DNA of 30,802 bases from positions 1 through 30,802 of IMG/VR virus record IMGVR_UViG_3300024529_000009, one strand, 5' to 3'. Made by a program: the position numbers and the translations under genes. The notes below the pieces were generated by a model that was not told the DNA's origin, ran no database searches, and was given only the letters and a program-made list of their open reading frames with translations. Below, piece by piece: positions 16,309 through 25,314 of this stretch (positions are counted from its first letter, which is position 1; every line of letters begins with the position of its first letter). Source of the stretch: a virus (Duplodnaviria; Caudoviricetes).

Positions 16309-16851
16309 CTACCTTATTGCTTTAAGCTCACGATCTCTTTGTTGAACAAGTGCTAGGTTTCTAGTAAATTCTGCGATAGAGTTCCATTCTTGTTCTATTA
16401 CACTGCCGCATCTCTCAATAGATTCTTCAAATTGAAAGATCTGATCCTCAAGAGCTTGTATGTTGTATGGTGGAAACTGTTTCAACAGTTCTTTGATTTT
16501 TTTTGCGTCTTCTGGATTTTCATTGTTTAGCTGCTCTATCTGAGCATCTCTAACTTTAGACTGAGTGATTAGCACAGAATACTCAGCCTTATCGTTTTTA
16601 AGGGTTGCCATTGTTTGCTTGACACGTTCAATGTTTCCCTTAGACTCTTTAATAACCCCTTTAACATAATCTTCGCTTACATCGGGGTACTTAGCCTTAA
16701 CATTATTCTCCTTGGTTTCCTTGTCCGTTTTAATAAAATCTGCCAAGCCCTGCCTAGCTACTTCGCCTTGACCGAGTGGTAGATTGTCTATTTTGGAACC
16801 GTTTACTCTTATGGAGTCGTACCCGTCTTTTCCTTTGTTACTATCTCTCAT
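16309..16851 (-). CDS. Hypothetical coiled-coil protein (180 aa)
   Basis: AAGGA RBS; heptad-like Lys/Glu/Gln-rich sequence. Confidence 0.75.
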   Translation of the reverse strand: MRDSNKGKDGYDSIRVNGSKIDNLPLGQGEVARQGLADFIKTDKETKENNVKAKYPDVSEDYVKGVIKESKGNIERVKQTMATLKNDKAEYSVLITQSKVRDAQIEQLNNENPEDAKKIKELLKQFPPYNIQALEDQIFQFEESIERCGSVIEQEWNSIAEFTRNLALVQQRDRELKAIR

Positions 16852-16871
16852 ATTTCCTTATCCTTTTTCTT

Positions 16872-16911
16872 AAATAAAACAAAGTGCTATGGAGACTTTC
16901 CCCATAGCACT
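16872..16911 (-). terminator. Intrinsic terminator after the 868-aa gene
   Basis: 10-bp stem AGTGCTATGG...CCATAGCACT followed on the minus strand by TTGTTTTATTT. Confidence 0.75.
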
Positions 16912-16929
16912 AAAACTAAACAACTAAAA

Positions 16930-19536
16930 TTAAGTAGCGATGTTGTCAGGCTGACGAACAACCGTGACACTGGTGCTTCCATCTCCCTGAGTCTGATTCA
17001 GAGTAAATGGTAGAATTATCTTACCTTGACGAACATTAACAACTACGCCAAAGTTAGATGATAAGGTTTTCGTGAAACTATTAGTAACAGAAGATCCAGT
17101 AGCCTCGATATCTAGAATCAAGTCATATATATCGTCGTCAGTGGTGTAGGCGGTAATCACTCTGTTGATTTCGTAACCATCTAAGTTAGCGAAATCCCCA
17201 CCAGCAGTACCGTAAAGTTGTTGCACAGCCAAGGTTGTATCGCTTGTAACCTCGGTGACTTCAAAAATCCCACCATCGGTAGTATTTCTAACAAGCATAC
17301 CAACCTTAACTGGAACCGTTCCTTGGAATCCACCGCCACTATCAACCAGAGTCGTAGTTGATCCACCAGTAGCAGTACCAGTAGCATTATCAACAGCAGT
17401 CAAAGTAAAGACGCCAGTACCACCAGCCCTTGAGCTATATTCATACTTATGCTCTTGTTGAGTGTCAGTATTTCCAAGTCTACTTAAAAGGGGATCAGTA
17501 TCAACAACTCTAACGAATCCAACAGGAGGAATCTGCTCATTGAAACTTCCATCGCCAACTGTAATAGTGCTATCACCGGCTGATGCGGCTGTCATTCCAC
17601 CAAACTGATCCTTGTCGATGATACCAGACGTTCCAGTATCTCTTGCAACAAGAATTCTGTCCAAGGCGGCAGTATTGGAAACCGTGAAACTAACCGTGTT
17701 CGGAGGAGTATTAAGAGTTCCAATATCATCGGTCAGAATATAAGCCTGAACATCAGCACCGTCAGGATTGATAAACGCAACACCACGGGCACCGAAAATC
17801 TGAGAACCCGTAAACGTACCGAATGGAGACGCTTTAGGAGACGTAAAGGAAACAATATTATAAGTACCGCCAGTACCAATAGCATCAACAGAACCGCCTG
17901 AAGTAACACCAGTGATTGTGTTTCCATCAGCAACCGAGTCCAAGGATGTTTGACTATCCGAAAGCGTAATATAATCTACCGGAGACGCCCAAGCAGAGCT
18001 TGTCGAATAACCAGCCAGTCGTGCAGTATATCCACTAGCACCAGTAACGTTCTCTCCATCGGTCATAGCACCACCAAGAGGATTATCCCACTCTACGAAG
18101 GTATCAAGACCTCGATAAGTTTCTCCGGGCATGTTTGAAGAGTTGGTATCCCAAAAGCTATTATCCTGACCACGGCGACAAACATACTTGATATTCTCAT
18201 AAACTTTAGCGATTGGAACATCGCCTTGGCAGTCAACCGTAACAGAGTAAGGTTCTGGAGTTCCGTTACCGTCATGGTCAACATCTGAGTGTTCCAAGGT
18301 AATCGTAAGCGATCCACCTTCGCCAGCTCCGGTATCGGCTGGACCACCACTGGTATTGCTAGGAGCAAGAATACCAGAACCAGCGATATCCGCATCTCCA
18401 TCCAAGCCGGTACTGTAATCGTATTCCTGAATGGTGTCAGAAACGACAAAATCCGTCAAATCACCAACCAAGTAATACTCAATCACTGGCTCAGTAGCAG
18501 TTCCGCTAACAGCGGTGATAACGCCCTTTTTGGTAGCATTTGCAAAACTACCGGCAGAAGCGTCATAAATGCCATTTCCAACAGTAAATGTTCCAGATCC
18601 AGTTAAAGTATCACCAGTAAAGGTTCTATAACCAGTTGTATTGTTAATATCTGGAGCAGAAGCAAGAGGCAGAGCAGAGAAACCACCACCAGCAACGTTA
18701 AGACGGAAGTTGTCATACAGGGCTGTGTATCGTCGAGCAAAAACCTCAACATCACCGTCCGCAACCAAAGTTCCGCTATCTTTAACCTGAATCAGAATCG
18801 AGATAATACCAAGAGAGGCATCTGCATCAGTTGCCCACCACTGGAAGCTATCATCCCAGCTTGAAATCTTTTGACGATCTTGAATAAGATAAACCTCGGT
18901 AGCAGTAGGAACACTACCAATAGCCTGAATAGCGGAGAAAATATGCTCGCCATTAACACCCGCCGTAGACGAGGTAGAAGAACCTGTTCCGCCACCGTCT
19001 GCGGTAACAGAAATCGAACCTGTTCCAGAAAAGGTGTCAGTTGCCGGATCGTCTGGACGAATCCATGCAGCGAGAGAACCGTCTTGATCTATGTCGAAGT
19101 CGAGCAGGGTTCCCGTATCGCCTGAATCGGATTGTGTAACCTGACGACCAATGTCGCCAGAAACAAAGCTGACGCTATCTACATAATTAACCTTAGCAAC
19201 ACCATCGCCAGCTACGGTTCCAGTCAACGACCAATCTGCTGTGATAGCACCTTCTTTAAGGTATTGGGTTGAGCTACGAGGAATAAAGTATTGATTTTCC
19301 ATCGTGTAAGCGTTTGGCGTAACGGGAAGCATGGGGTTTCTAAAACCCATAGCAACAAACTCATCAGCCGCATCTGCGACGGCAGAATAAAGCTGGTTTG
19401 TTGTGTAAACAGTTTCACTAGCTCCTGTGTGCTGGATGGTTCTCATCCCAGCAACGGCTGCCGTTCCACCATTTTGGTTTTTCTCATCGTCAAAGAGGAT
19501 CTCAAAATCCCCCCCAAGAATAGTAATAGAACTCAT
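16930..19536 (-). CDS. Large acidic Gly/Thr/Asp-rich putative virion protein (868 aa)
   Basis: Long ORF with AGGAG RBS, its own candidate promoter and terminator; all-beta composition. Confidence 0.7.
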   Translation of the reverse strand: MSSITILGGDFEILFDDEKNQNGGTAAVAGMRTIQHTGASETVYTTNQLYSAVADAADEFVAMGFRNPMLPVTPNAYTMENQYFIPRSSTQYLKEGAITADWSLTGTVAGDGVAKVNYVDSVSFVSGDIGRQVTQSDSGDTGTLLDFDIDQDGSLAAWIRPDDPATDTFSGTGSISVTADGGGTGSSTSSTAGVNGEHIFSAIQAIGSVPTATEVYLIQDRQKISSWDDSFQWWATDADASLGIISILIQVKDSGTLVADGDVEVFARRYTALYDNFRLNVAGGGFSALPLASAPDINNTTGYRTFTGDTLTGSGTFTVGNGIYDASAGSFANATKKGVITAVSGTATEPVIEYYLVGDLTDFVVSDTIQEYDYSTGLDGDADIAGSGILAPSNTSGGPADTGAGEGGSLTITLEHSDVDHDGNGTPEPYSVTVDCQGDVPIAKVYENIKYVCRRGQDNSFWDTNSSNMPGETYRGLDTFVEWDNPLGGAMTDGENVTGASGYTARLAGYSTSSAWASPVDYITLSDSQTSLDSVADGNTITGVTSGGSVDAIGTGGTYNIVSFTSPKASPFGTFTGSQIFGARGVAFINPDGADVQAYILTDDIGTLNTPPNTVSFTVSNTAALDRILVARDTGTSGIIDKDQFGGMTAASAGDSTITVGDGSFNEQIPPVGFVRVVDTDPLLSRLGNTDTQQEHKYEYSSRAGGTGVFTLTAVDNATGTATGGSTTTLVDSGGGFQGTVPVKVGMLVRNTTDGGIFEVTEVTSDTTLAVQQLYGTAGGDFANLDGYEINRVITAYTTDDDIYDLILDIEATGSSVTNSFTKTLSSNFGVVVNVRQGKIILPFTLNQTQGDGSTSVTVVRQPDNIAT

Positions 19537-19571
19537 TTTGAACTCCTAAGAAGTATGGTTGGTTTGCTTAT

Positions 19572-19584
19572 TTGTTATACACAA
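19572..19584 (-). promoter_or_regulatory. TTGTGTATAACAA motif
   Basis: 13 nt identical to 27498-27510; about 40 nt before the ATG at 19536. Confidence 0.62.
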
Positions 19585-19590
19585 AAAAGC

Positions 19591-21594
19591 CTAAAAAATT
19601 GAAATTGTATCTTCGATCCAAACGGCCACAACGTTGAGTCCACTATTAGTTATAGTGTTATTCTGCGTAAATGGCAAATATCTTGTCACATCTAATTTAA
19701 CCTTCCTTCCCAGTGGTTGTGTTCCGGCTTGAGGAAGTCCTGTGTTTCTGGCCCTAACGTAATAATACGGACCCTGAGAATTAACGCTGGTCGTGGCCCA
19801 TCCTGTAGGCTCGTCCCAAGAAACCACGTTTAAGCCAGAAGTTTCAAATTCATCGGTATTGTCTACCACGTTAGATAGTGCAGTCCATACGCTACCGTTC
19901 CAATACTCCCAGTCAAGTATGCAATAACCTGTAGAGGCCGCTTGACTAACCTCTAACTTTAGCTGATTAAACTTCTCTCCATGTCCCCAGTAGTAGGCGT
20001 CGTTTGTTGCAGCGGAACCCGAAGGCATTAGAGTGATATCATTTTCCACAGCACTATTGTTTGCAGTAGTCTCGTCTGTGAAAACGCCTCCGTCATCAGC
20101 AATACCAGCATTTGGAAATCCTTGATTGCGGCAGCGGATAATAACATCAAGCCCCGCACCGAAAGCACCTTCATAGTTAATACTAAAACTAAATTCCCCA
20201 CTTGCATCGGCTAACCCAAACCCTAGTACATCGCCCTTTGTGACCGTCCCTGCCGTTTCATTTGCAAGCACTTGCACAGAGGTTCCTTCACTAACACCAG
20301 TTACACTCACGGTAACAGCATCAACAACGGTAGTAGTGGCTCCAGCCCCGTTTCTTACAGTAATTCCTGAATTATTGCTAGAGTTGATTGTAACCAAGCC
20401 GCCTGAATTGTTGTAAATAGCAGCATCATTTGTTCCGTCTGCACCATAACCAGTAAAAGTATTACCGCTAAAAGAATAAGTTCCAGCGGTGGTAATCTCT
20501 ATGGCATGACCATCAGAAAAAGTAAAGTTGCAATTAGATATATTCGCTAGATTGTCGGACTGTATTAGTGCAACACCGTCTGCGGTGTTTGCATTTGATA
20601 TACTGCAATTTGTTATTGTTGCACCGTTTTGAATTATGCTATTGCCATTATCTAAAGTTGTACCATCTAAAGTTGAACCAGCCTGCAACGTGATTACATC
20701 AAAACCCTTGAAAAGCGATGCCGAATCATCAAACGTCGGAATAGAAGTGCCATCCAAAGTAAGATTCCATCTTGCGATTGCGGGGTCTTCCGAACTAATA
20801 ACATGCTGCGTAAAAGTTATTGTAGTATTAGCACCCCTGATGTTAATATCATAAAAGCCGGTAGCGACATTTTCGGCAGCGAAGGTGACAACCTGACCAG
20901 TATCAGTAAAGCTAGATGTCGCTGTACCTGTGGATGGGCCTAAATAAACACCACCTCTCCAAATATATGCACCAAGCTGCTCAACCTGCCATCCCCAAAC
21001 ATTTGAAGCTTCTGCTGTTTCTATTGTGCTCCAAGTATTGCTAGTACCATCAACCCTAAGTCCAGTACCGATGGTGAACTGGTCAATCAACACGTTTGCG
21101 AAGTTACCAGAAATCATCGTAATAGTAGTGAACCCACCACCAACTTCATCTACAGCGTTTAGCTGTGCAGGATTTCCTGTCGTGGTGAAACTGCCTGTGA
21201 CCGAGGTAAAATCTGCGGCAGTGTCAATAACTCTAGGAATAAAGCCACCTGTGTAGTTAGATGCTGGAGCAAGCCCCCATACGCCAGTACCAACGCTGTT
21301 ATCATCCATACACAGTCTAATACCCGTAGTGGCATTGATAGGCGTTAGAGCATTAATCCAGCAAAGAAGATGATCTCCTTCGTTAGCACCACCGCTACTA
21401 AAATCAAAAGAAAAAGTACCACCCCCACCGCTCAACTGGGTCGTTTTAAAGTCTGTCGTGCTATTAGAAACCTTTTCACCAATAGCAGCGGTTCCTTGAA
21501 TAAAACTAGGCTCAGTCTGAGTAGAACCGGAAGAAAAGCCACTGGCATTATCGCAGTCATTAACTACTTGTCCAGAATTTAAAGAAACAGCCAT
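19591..21594 (-). CDS. Putative virion protein with central parallel beta-helix (667 aa)
   Basis: ITNCSISN / ISNCNFTF / FSGNTFTG rungs typical of right-handed beta-helices. Confidence 0.65.
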   Translation of the reverse strand: MAVSLNSGQVVNDCDNASGFSSGSTQTEPSFIQGTAAIGEKVSNSTTDFKTTQLSGGGGTFSFDFSSGGANEGDHLLCWINALTPINATTGIRLCMDDNSVGTGVWGLAPASNYTGGFIPRVIDTAADFTSVTGSFTTTGNPAQLNAVDEVGGGFTTITMISGNFANVLIDQFTIGTGLRVDGTSNTWSTIETAEASNVWGWQVEQLGAYIWRGGVYLGPSTGTATSSFTDTGQVVTFAAENVATGFYDINIRGANTTITFTQHVISSEDPAIARWNLTLDGTSIPTFDDSASLFKGFDVITLQAGSTLDGTTLDNGNSIIQNGATITNCSISNANTADGVALIQSDNLANISNCNFTFSDGHAIEITTAGTYSFSGNTFTGYGADGTNDAAIYNNSGGLVTINSSNNSGITVRNGAGATTTVVDAVTVSVTGVSEGTSVQVLANETAGTVTKGDVLGFGLADASGEFSFSINYEGAFGAGLDVIIRCRNQGFPNAGIADDGGVFTDETTANNSAVENDITLMPSGSAATNDAYYWGHGEKFNQLKLEVSQAASTGYCILDWEYWNGSVWTALSNVVDNTDEFETSGLNVVSWDEPTGWATTSVNSQGPYYYVRARNTGLPQAGTQPLGRKVKLDVTRYLPFTQNNTITNSGLNVVAVWIEDTISIF

Positions 21595-22061
21595 TATTTA
21601 TCCACCTCTAATAATTCTTCCCATCTACGGAGCATTACAGCAGATGCGGCGTGTACTGGATGTAAACCCGCCTGATCTGCAATAGGCATGTAAACATATT
21701 GAGCGTCAAGATTAAATGGAGCGTTTGCACCATGTCCAAAAACATACCAATCAACCTTAGTGTGATCCAACTCTCTTAGGGAAATAGCGTCCTCTGGACA
21801 ACTCCATTCACACTGAAAGACAACCACATTTTCCTTATCTGTGAGCCAGTTTTTAAAATCTACTTCACTGCTTCCAATTATTTCAAAATCAAAAGCACCG
21901 TCAAATTTTAAATCTTCTTCCGTTTCGTTAATACATCTGGCTTTGTCACAACCGCCAGCTTTTATAGCATATCTCCAAGCGTCAAGATCTATAGGGCGGC
22001 TAGAGAAAACATCAGTATCCTCTTGCTGAAACCAAAATACTACGCCAGCAGGTTTTTTCAT
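21594..22061 (-). CDS. SPOUT (SpoU/TrmL-like) methyltransferase-fold protein, possibly degenerate (155 aa)
   Basis: SLRELDH...WYVFG...YVYMPI...GLHPVHAASAVMLRR parallels SPOUT motifs 2/3 (hhFGxE; hxIP...SLN...A). Confidence 0.55.
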   Translation of the reverse strand: MKKPAGVVFWFQQEDTDVFSSRPIDLDAWRYAIKAGGCDKARCINETEEDLKFDGAFDFEIIGSSEVDFKNWLTDKENVVVFQCEWSCPEDAISLRELDHTKVDWYVFGHGANAPFNLDAQYVYMPIADQAGLHPVHAASAVMLRRWEELLEVDK

Positions 22062-22102
22062 GACAACAAGTTCCTAAATATTGATATGTATACTTACCCT
22101 AG

Positions 22103-22111
22103 TATACACAA
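22103..22111 (-). promoter_or_regulatory. TTGTGTATA motif directly after the capsid terminator
   Basis: Exact motif; overlaps an 8-bp inverted repeat TGTATACT-n6-AGTATACA (22087-22108). Confidence 0.62.
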
Positions 22112-22117
22112 TTAACG

Positions 22118-22147
22118 AAAAAAAGCCGCCTCTTCCGAAGCGGCTTT
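22118..22147 (-). terminator. Intrinsic terminator after the major capsid gene
   Basis: Minus strand AAAGCCGC-TTCGGAAGAG-GCGGCTTT followed by a further T run. Confidence 0.85.
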
Positions 22148-22172
22148 CCTAAATAACCTATCGCAGTCGTTC

Positions 22173-23174
22173 TTAGAACGAGCCAGCGATGATTCTTCGG
22201 TTGTCAAGAACACCAAAGCCCATCTCGGCCCAGCCGTAATAACCTTGACGCTGGTGACGATGAAGTGCAGGATCTTCAAAGATCTCAACTTCTTTCTTGA
22301 CAGGCATAACAAAGCTGTCATTAGCACTTTGGTCAATACCAACCACCAACTCAACGTCTGCTGCCTCGATGCTGCCACCAAGGTCATTCAGGAAGTAATC
22401 CTGATACTCTTGACCGTCACCAAACTCAAACAAGTCGTGAAGGTTTACACCAAACACGCGAGTAAGTTGAGGACCATTATCGCTCGCAACGTAGATTTCT
22501 CTGCGAGAAACGTCATCAAGCTGGTCGATACCCCAGTTTCGGATATCTTCGATAGCCTCTGGTGACATGTAAAGGTCAGTCAAACGACCCGGAGCAGTAA
22601 CACTGTTACCACCACCGTTTCTACGCATGACAGTCTTCATCAAGCTAACAAGCCGCTTGGTGAACTGACCAGCACCGGCGTCACCATCGTAAACCAAGAT
22701 GTTACGATCAACGGCAGCAGCAAGCAGTGTGTGCCAACCGTCGTCGTTCATTTTCTTTACGAAAGACGACTCAAGAACCTGCATGGCACGACCAACAACA
22801 TTCCAGTTAGCTTCGCGAGCGTAACGAAGAAGGAAGTCAATCGAACTGGTAACGCCATAAGTATTGATCATGACGTAATCACTTTCAACATGCTTCTCAG
22901 GAATACGACCGTTGCCGGGATTCGTGAAAGCAATGTGATCAATCTCAGTTCCCGGAGCAAGAAGATCCAATGGGAACTCAGGTGAAGCACCCGGCTCAAG
23001 AGGCATAGCCTCGTAAATACCGCGAACAACGTCTCCAAACAAAACACCTTTACGAAGAGGGGTTTCTAATGCTTTAGCGATTTCTCGCTGTGCTTGAATA
23101 GCAACAGTTTTGTCGCTATCGCCGGATCTGCGAAGCAGTTCCAAAAATTCGCCAGAAGGTCTTTCTTTTGACAT
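22173..23174 (-). CDS. Major capsid protein (HK97 fold, 333 aa)
   Basis: Follows protease/scaffold and decoration genes; strong AAGGAG RBS and downstream terminator; C-terminal QGYYGWAEMGFGVLD strand typical of HK97-fold capsids. Confidence 0.88.
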   Translation of the reverse strand: MSKERPSGEFLELLRRSGDSDKTVAIQAQREIAKALETPLRKGVLFGDVVRGIYEAMPLEPGASPEFPLDLLAPGTEIDHIAFTNPGNGRIPEKHVESDYVMINTYGVTSSIDFLLRYAREANWNVVGRAMQVLESSFVKKMNDDGWHTLLAAAVDRNILVYDGDAGAGQFTKRLVSLMKTVMRRNGGGNSVTAPGRLTDLYMSPEAIEDIRNWGIDQLDDVSRREIYVASDNGPQLTRVFGVNLHDLFEFGDGQEYQDYFLNDLGGSIEAADVELVVGIDQSANDSFVMPVKKEVEIFEDPALHRHQRQGYYGWAEMGFGVLDNRRIIAGSF

Positions 23175-23201
23175 AGTTAATGTTCTCCTTAAAAGAATTT
23201 A

Positions 23202-23678
23202 TTAGTTGTTAGGCAAGTCAATGTAGACTTTAGCGTAACCGTACTGGTCAACGCCACCAAGGAATCGTCCTACGGCATTATCCTTTGCACCGGAAATGTT
23301 ATCAGCCGCAGTAGGCGTAGCAACATTTCCACTGTGACCCAAGTAGGCCAAGTCTCCACCCGCAGGTGTTCCTTCCAATGAGTTGGTAACAACCCATCCT
23401 TTGTTAAGAAGGGTGACTTTTCCACCCTTCTGAACTTCGTCTTTGTACTGGTTCAAGTGCTGACGAGTAAGGTCAAGGTTGACCATATCGTTAACCAAAA
23501 GTCCCAGTGGAGCAACGCCAGAAGGATCGGCAGCATATGTAACAACGGCGTTACCGTTGTCCATTGAAGCACCTGAACCGGCAGTTGAAAGAGCGGCAAC
23601 ACCGCCTCTTGTAGCAACTTCATTCATGAAGAAGCTGATGTCTGTTTGCAGAGTTGATCTGTCTTGCTTTAGAGCCAT
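23202..23678 (-). CDS. Putative capsid decoration/cement protein (158 aa)
   Basis: Between scaffold and MCP; Gly/Ala-rich (PLGLL...GGKVTLL.KG.VVTN...GDLAY...VGRFL); strong RBS. Confidence 0.7.
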   Translation of the reverse strand: MALKQDRSTLQTDISFFMNEVATRGGVAALSTAGSGASMDNGNAVVTYAADPSGVAPLGLLVNDMVNLDLTRQHLNQYKDEVQKGGKVTLLNKGWVVTNSLEGTPAGGDLAYLGHSGNVATPTAADNISGAKDNAVGRFLGGVDQYGYAKVYIDLPNN

Positions 23679-23716
23679 TTGTACTCTCCTTTAAGGATTT
23701 TATTTATGTTTGGGAA

Positions 23717-24415
23717 TTATTTGTTGGACTTCAAAAGAGATCCAATCCATTCTTGAGCCGAGGCACGAAGAGTTTCCTGCTCGGACTCTTGCTCGGAGTT
23801 GATTTGTGCAACAGCAGCCTCTTGTGGAGTTTCTGCGTTCTCAAGAAGCTCAACGCTTGCTTCTGCTGGGTCCAGCTCTGGGCTAACCTCTGCCTTAGCA
23901 TCGTCACCTTCTTTTTCTTTTTTCTTCTTTTCGATAGCTTCCTTCAAGGCAGGAGGCAAACCCGCTTCTGATTCTTCTTTGTCCTTTTTAGCGGACTTTT
24001 TGAGAAGAGCAATAACTCTATCAAAGTCTTCGTCTGCAAGGTTCTCAAACTCAGAAACAGTAGCTTCGGCTTCTTCTGCTTCAAACCCTGCTTCTGCAAG
24101 CTGGGCTTTACGCTTCATCATAGCCTCTTTCTTCTTCATCTTATCAACTTCTTCTTTCATAGCAACGGCAGCTTCTTCAAGCTCTGTTTTTGCTACGTTA
24201 AGAGCGTCGAAAGCCTTTGACTTGAGGTCAAAGCTAACGCCCGCCTGTTCAAGTTCTTCCGCTTGTGTTGAAATTTGTGCCTCTAGTTCTGCAATCTGGG
24301 TTTCATAACCAGCCTTTGCTTCTTTCTCGGCCTTTTCTTTCAGAGCTTCGTTAGCAGCTTTTGATTCTGCCAATTCCGCTTTCAGGGTTTGAACCTGATT
24401 GTCTTGATCGGACAT
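23717..24415 (-). CDS. Nested in-frame scaffold protein (232 aa, MSDQDNQ...)
   Basis: AAGGAG-AAGAATAGT-ATG exactly at the protease/coiled-coil boundary. Confidence 0.6.
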   Translation of the reverse strand: MSDQDNQVQTLKAELAESKAANEALKEKAEKEAKAGYETQIAELEAQISTQAEELEQAGVSFDLKSKAFDALNVAKTELEEAAVAMKEEVDKMKKKEAMMKRKAQLAEAGFEAEEAEATVSEFENLADEDFDRVIALLKKSAKKDKEESEAGLPPALKEAIEKKKKEKEGDDAKAEVSPELDPAEASVELLENAETPQEAAVAQINSEQESEQETLRASAQEWIGSLLKSNK

Positions 24416-25255
24416 ACTATTCTTCTCCTTTAGTGAAGATAATGTTAACAATTTAGATTGTGATTCGTCGAAAAAATCATTTCCTTCCAGAATTATACTT
24501 CGCGGGTTTGCGGGTTTTGAAACCAAGCCTTTACCAGAGAACGATAAGTTTCTTAACAGTCTTCCCACTTGGTAATCATCATATTTTCCAGTTCCTCCGT
24601 ATGATCTTAAATGCTTTGTTAAAAATGCAGAAGCTTCATTCCTTGAAACGACTTTAGTTTCACCCTTAGAATTTTTAAGAGCGTAGTCGAAATTAGGAAA
24701 GAGGCACTCCATAGAAACGAACCATTTGTTATCTTCGATTTCTGCAACAATTTGATTTAATCTTTGCTTCTGTTCGATGTCAGACCATTCTGTATAGATA
24801 ACAGCGGAGGTAAGAATATTAAACTCCTTTGGGGCAACCGGCGAATCAACGTCAATCGACCCACCGTTAAAATCAACAACCTCGTTAGCCGTTATATGTC
24901 CGATAATATCTTTTTCATCGTGCATAAAGTTAAACGGCTTGTCTTCGGGAGTGTTTCTAGCGTCCCAGAGTTCTTGAGGATCAAAAACGTCATCGTTCTT
25001 GTTCCAGCCTGTGCTTACCAAAACAGACTTAATGTAATATAGATCAATCTGATCCTTATTCTCAGCGATAGTCCGTAAAGAAACGGGCAACTTATTATCG
25101 CTAATTTTTTGTGCTAATAGTTTTTGGAGATCTTTGTCTTCGCATACTTGAGGCACCTTGCCGGGACTTGCCACAGCAACGTAGGCTACAGAATTATTTT
25201 TAATCTGTTCACCCAGACCATCGTTGATCTCAGATTGATAAATAGGTATGTTCAT
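23717..25255 (-). CDS. Prohead maturation protease fused to coiled-coil scaffold
   Basis: NKNDDVF...PFNFMHD..IIGHI...VSMEC...FSGKGLVSKPANPRS (HK97/assemblin-like His and Ser candidates) followed by a Glu/Lys/Ala coiled coil. Start moved from 25285 to the ATG at 25255, which has a GGAG RBS. Confidence 0.8.
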   Translation of the reverse strand: MNIPIYQSEINDGLGEQIKNNSVAYVAVASPGKVPQVCEDKDLQKLLAQKISDNKLPVSLRTIAENKDQIDLYYIKSVLVSTGWNKNDDVFDPQELWDARNTPEDKPFNFMHDEKDIIGHITANEVVDFNGGSIDVDSPVAPKEFNILTSAVIYTEWSDIEQKQRLNQIVAEIEDNKWFVSMECLFPNFDYALKNSKGETKVVSRNEASAFLTKHLRSYGGTGKYDDYQVGRLLRNLSFSGKGLVSKPANPRSIILEGNDFFDESQSKLLTLSSLKEKNSMSDQDNQVQTLKAELAESKAANEALKEKAEKEAKAGYETQIAELEAQISTQAEELEQAGVSFDLKSKAFDALNVAKTELEEAAVAMKEEVDKMKKKEAMMKRKAQLAEAGFEAEEAEATVSEFENLADEDFDRVIALLKKSAKKDKEESEAGLPPALKEAIEKKKKEKEGDDAKAEVSPELDPAEASVELLENAETPQEAAVAQINSEQESEQETLRASAQEWIGSLLKSNK

Positions 25256-25276
25256 ATTTGTTTCTCCATAACTGAT

Positions 25277-25285
25277 AATACACAA
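25277..25285 (-). promoter_or_regulatory. TTGTGTATT variant upstream of the protease/capsid genes
   Basis: 8/9 match to the recurrent motif. Confidence 0.55.
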
Positions 25286-25314
25286 AACTATAGATATAGG
25301 GTTTTGTTTTGGTA

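Noticed and set aside
25256-25285. Track start of the protease gene at 25285
   Set aside because: That TTG is part of the recurrent promoter-like motif; the ATG at 25255 has a GGAG RBS.
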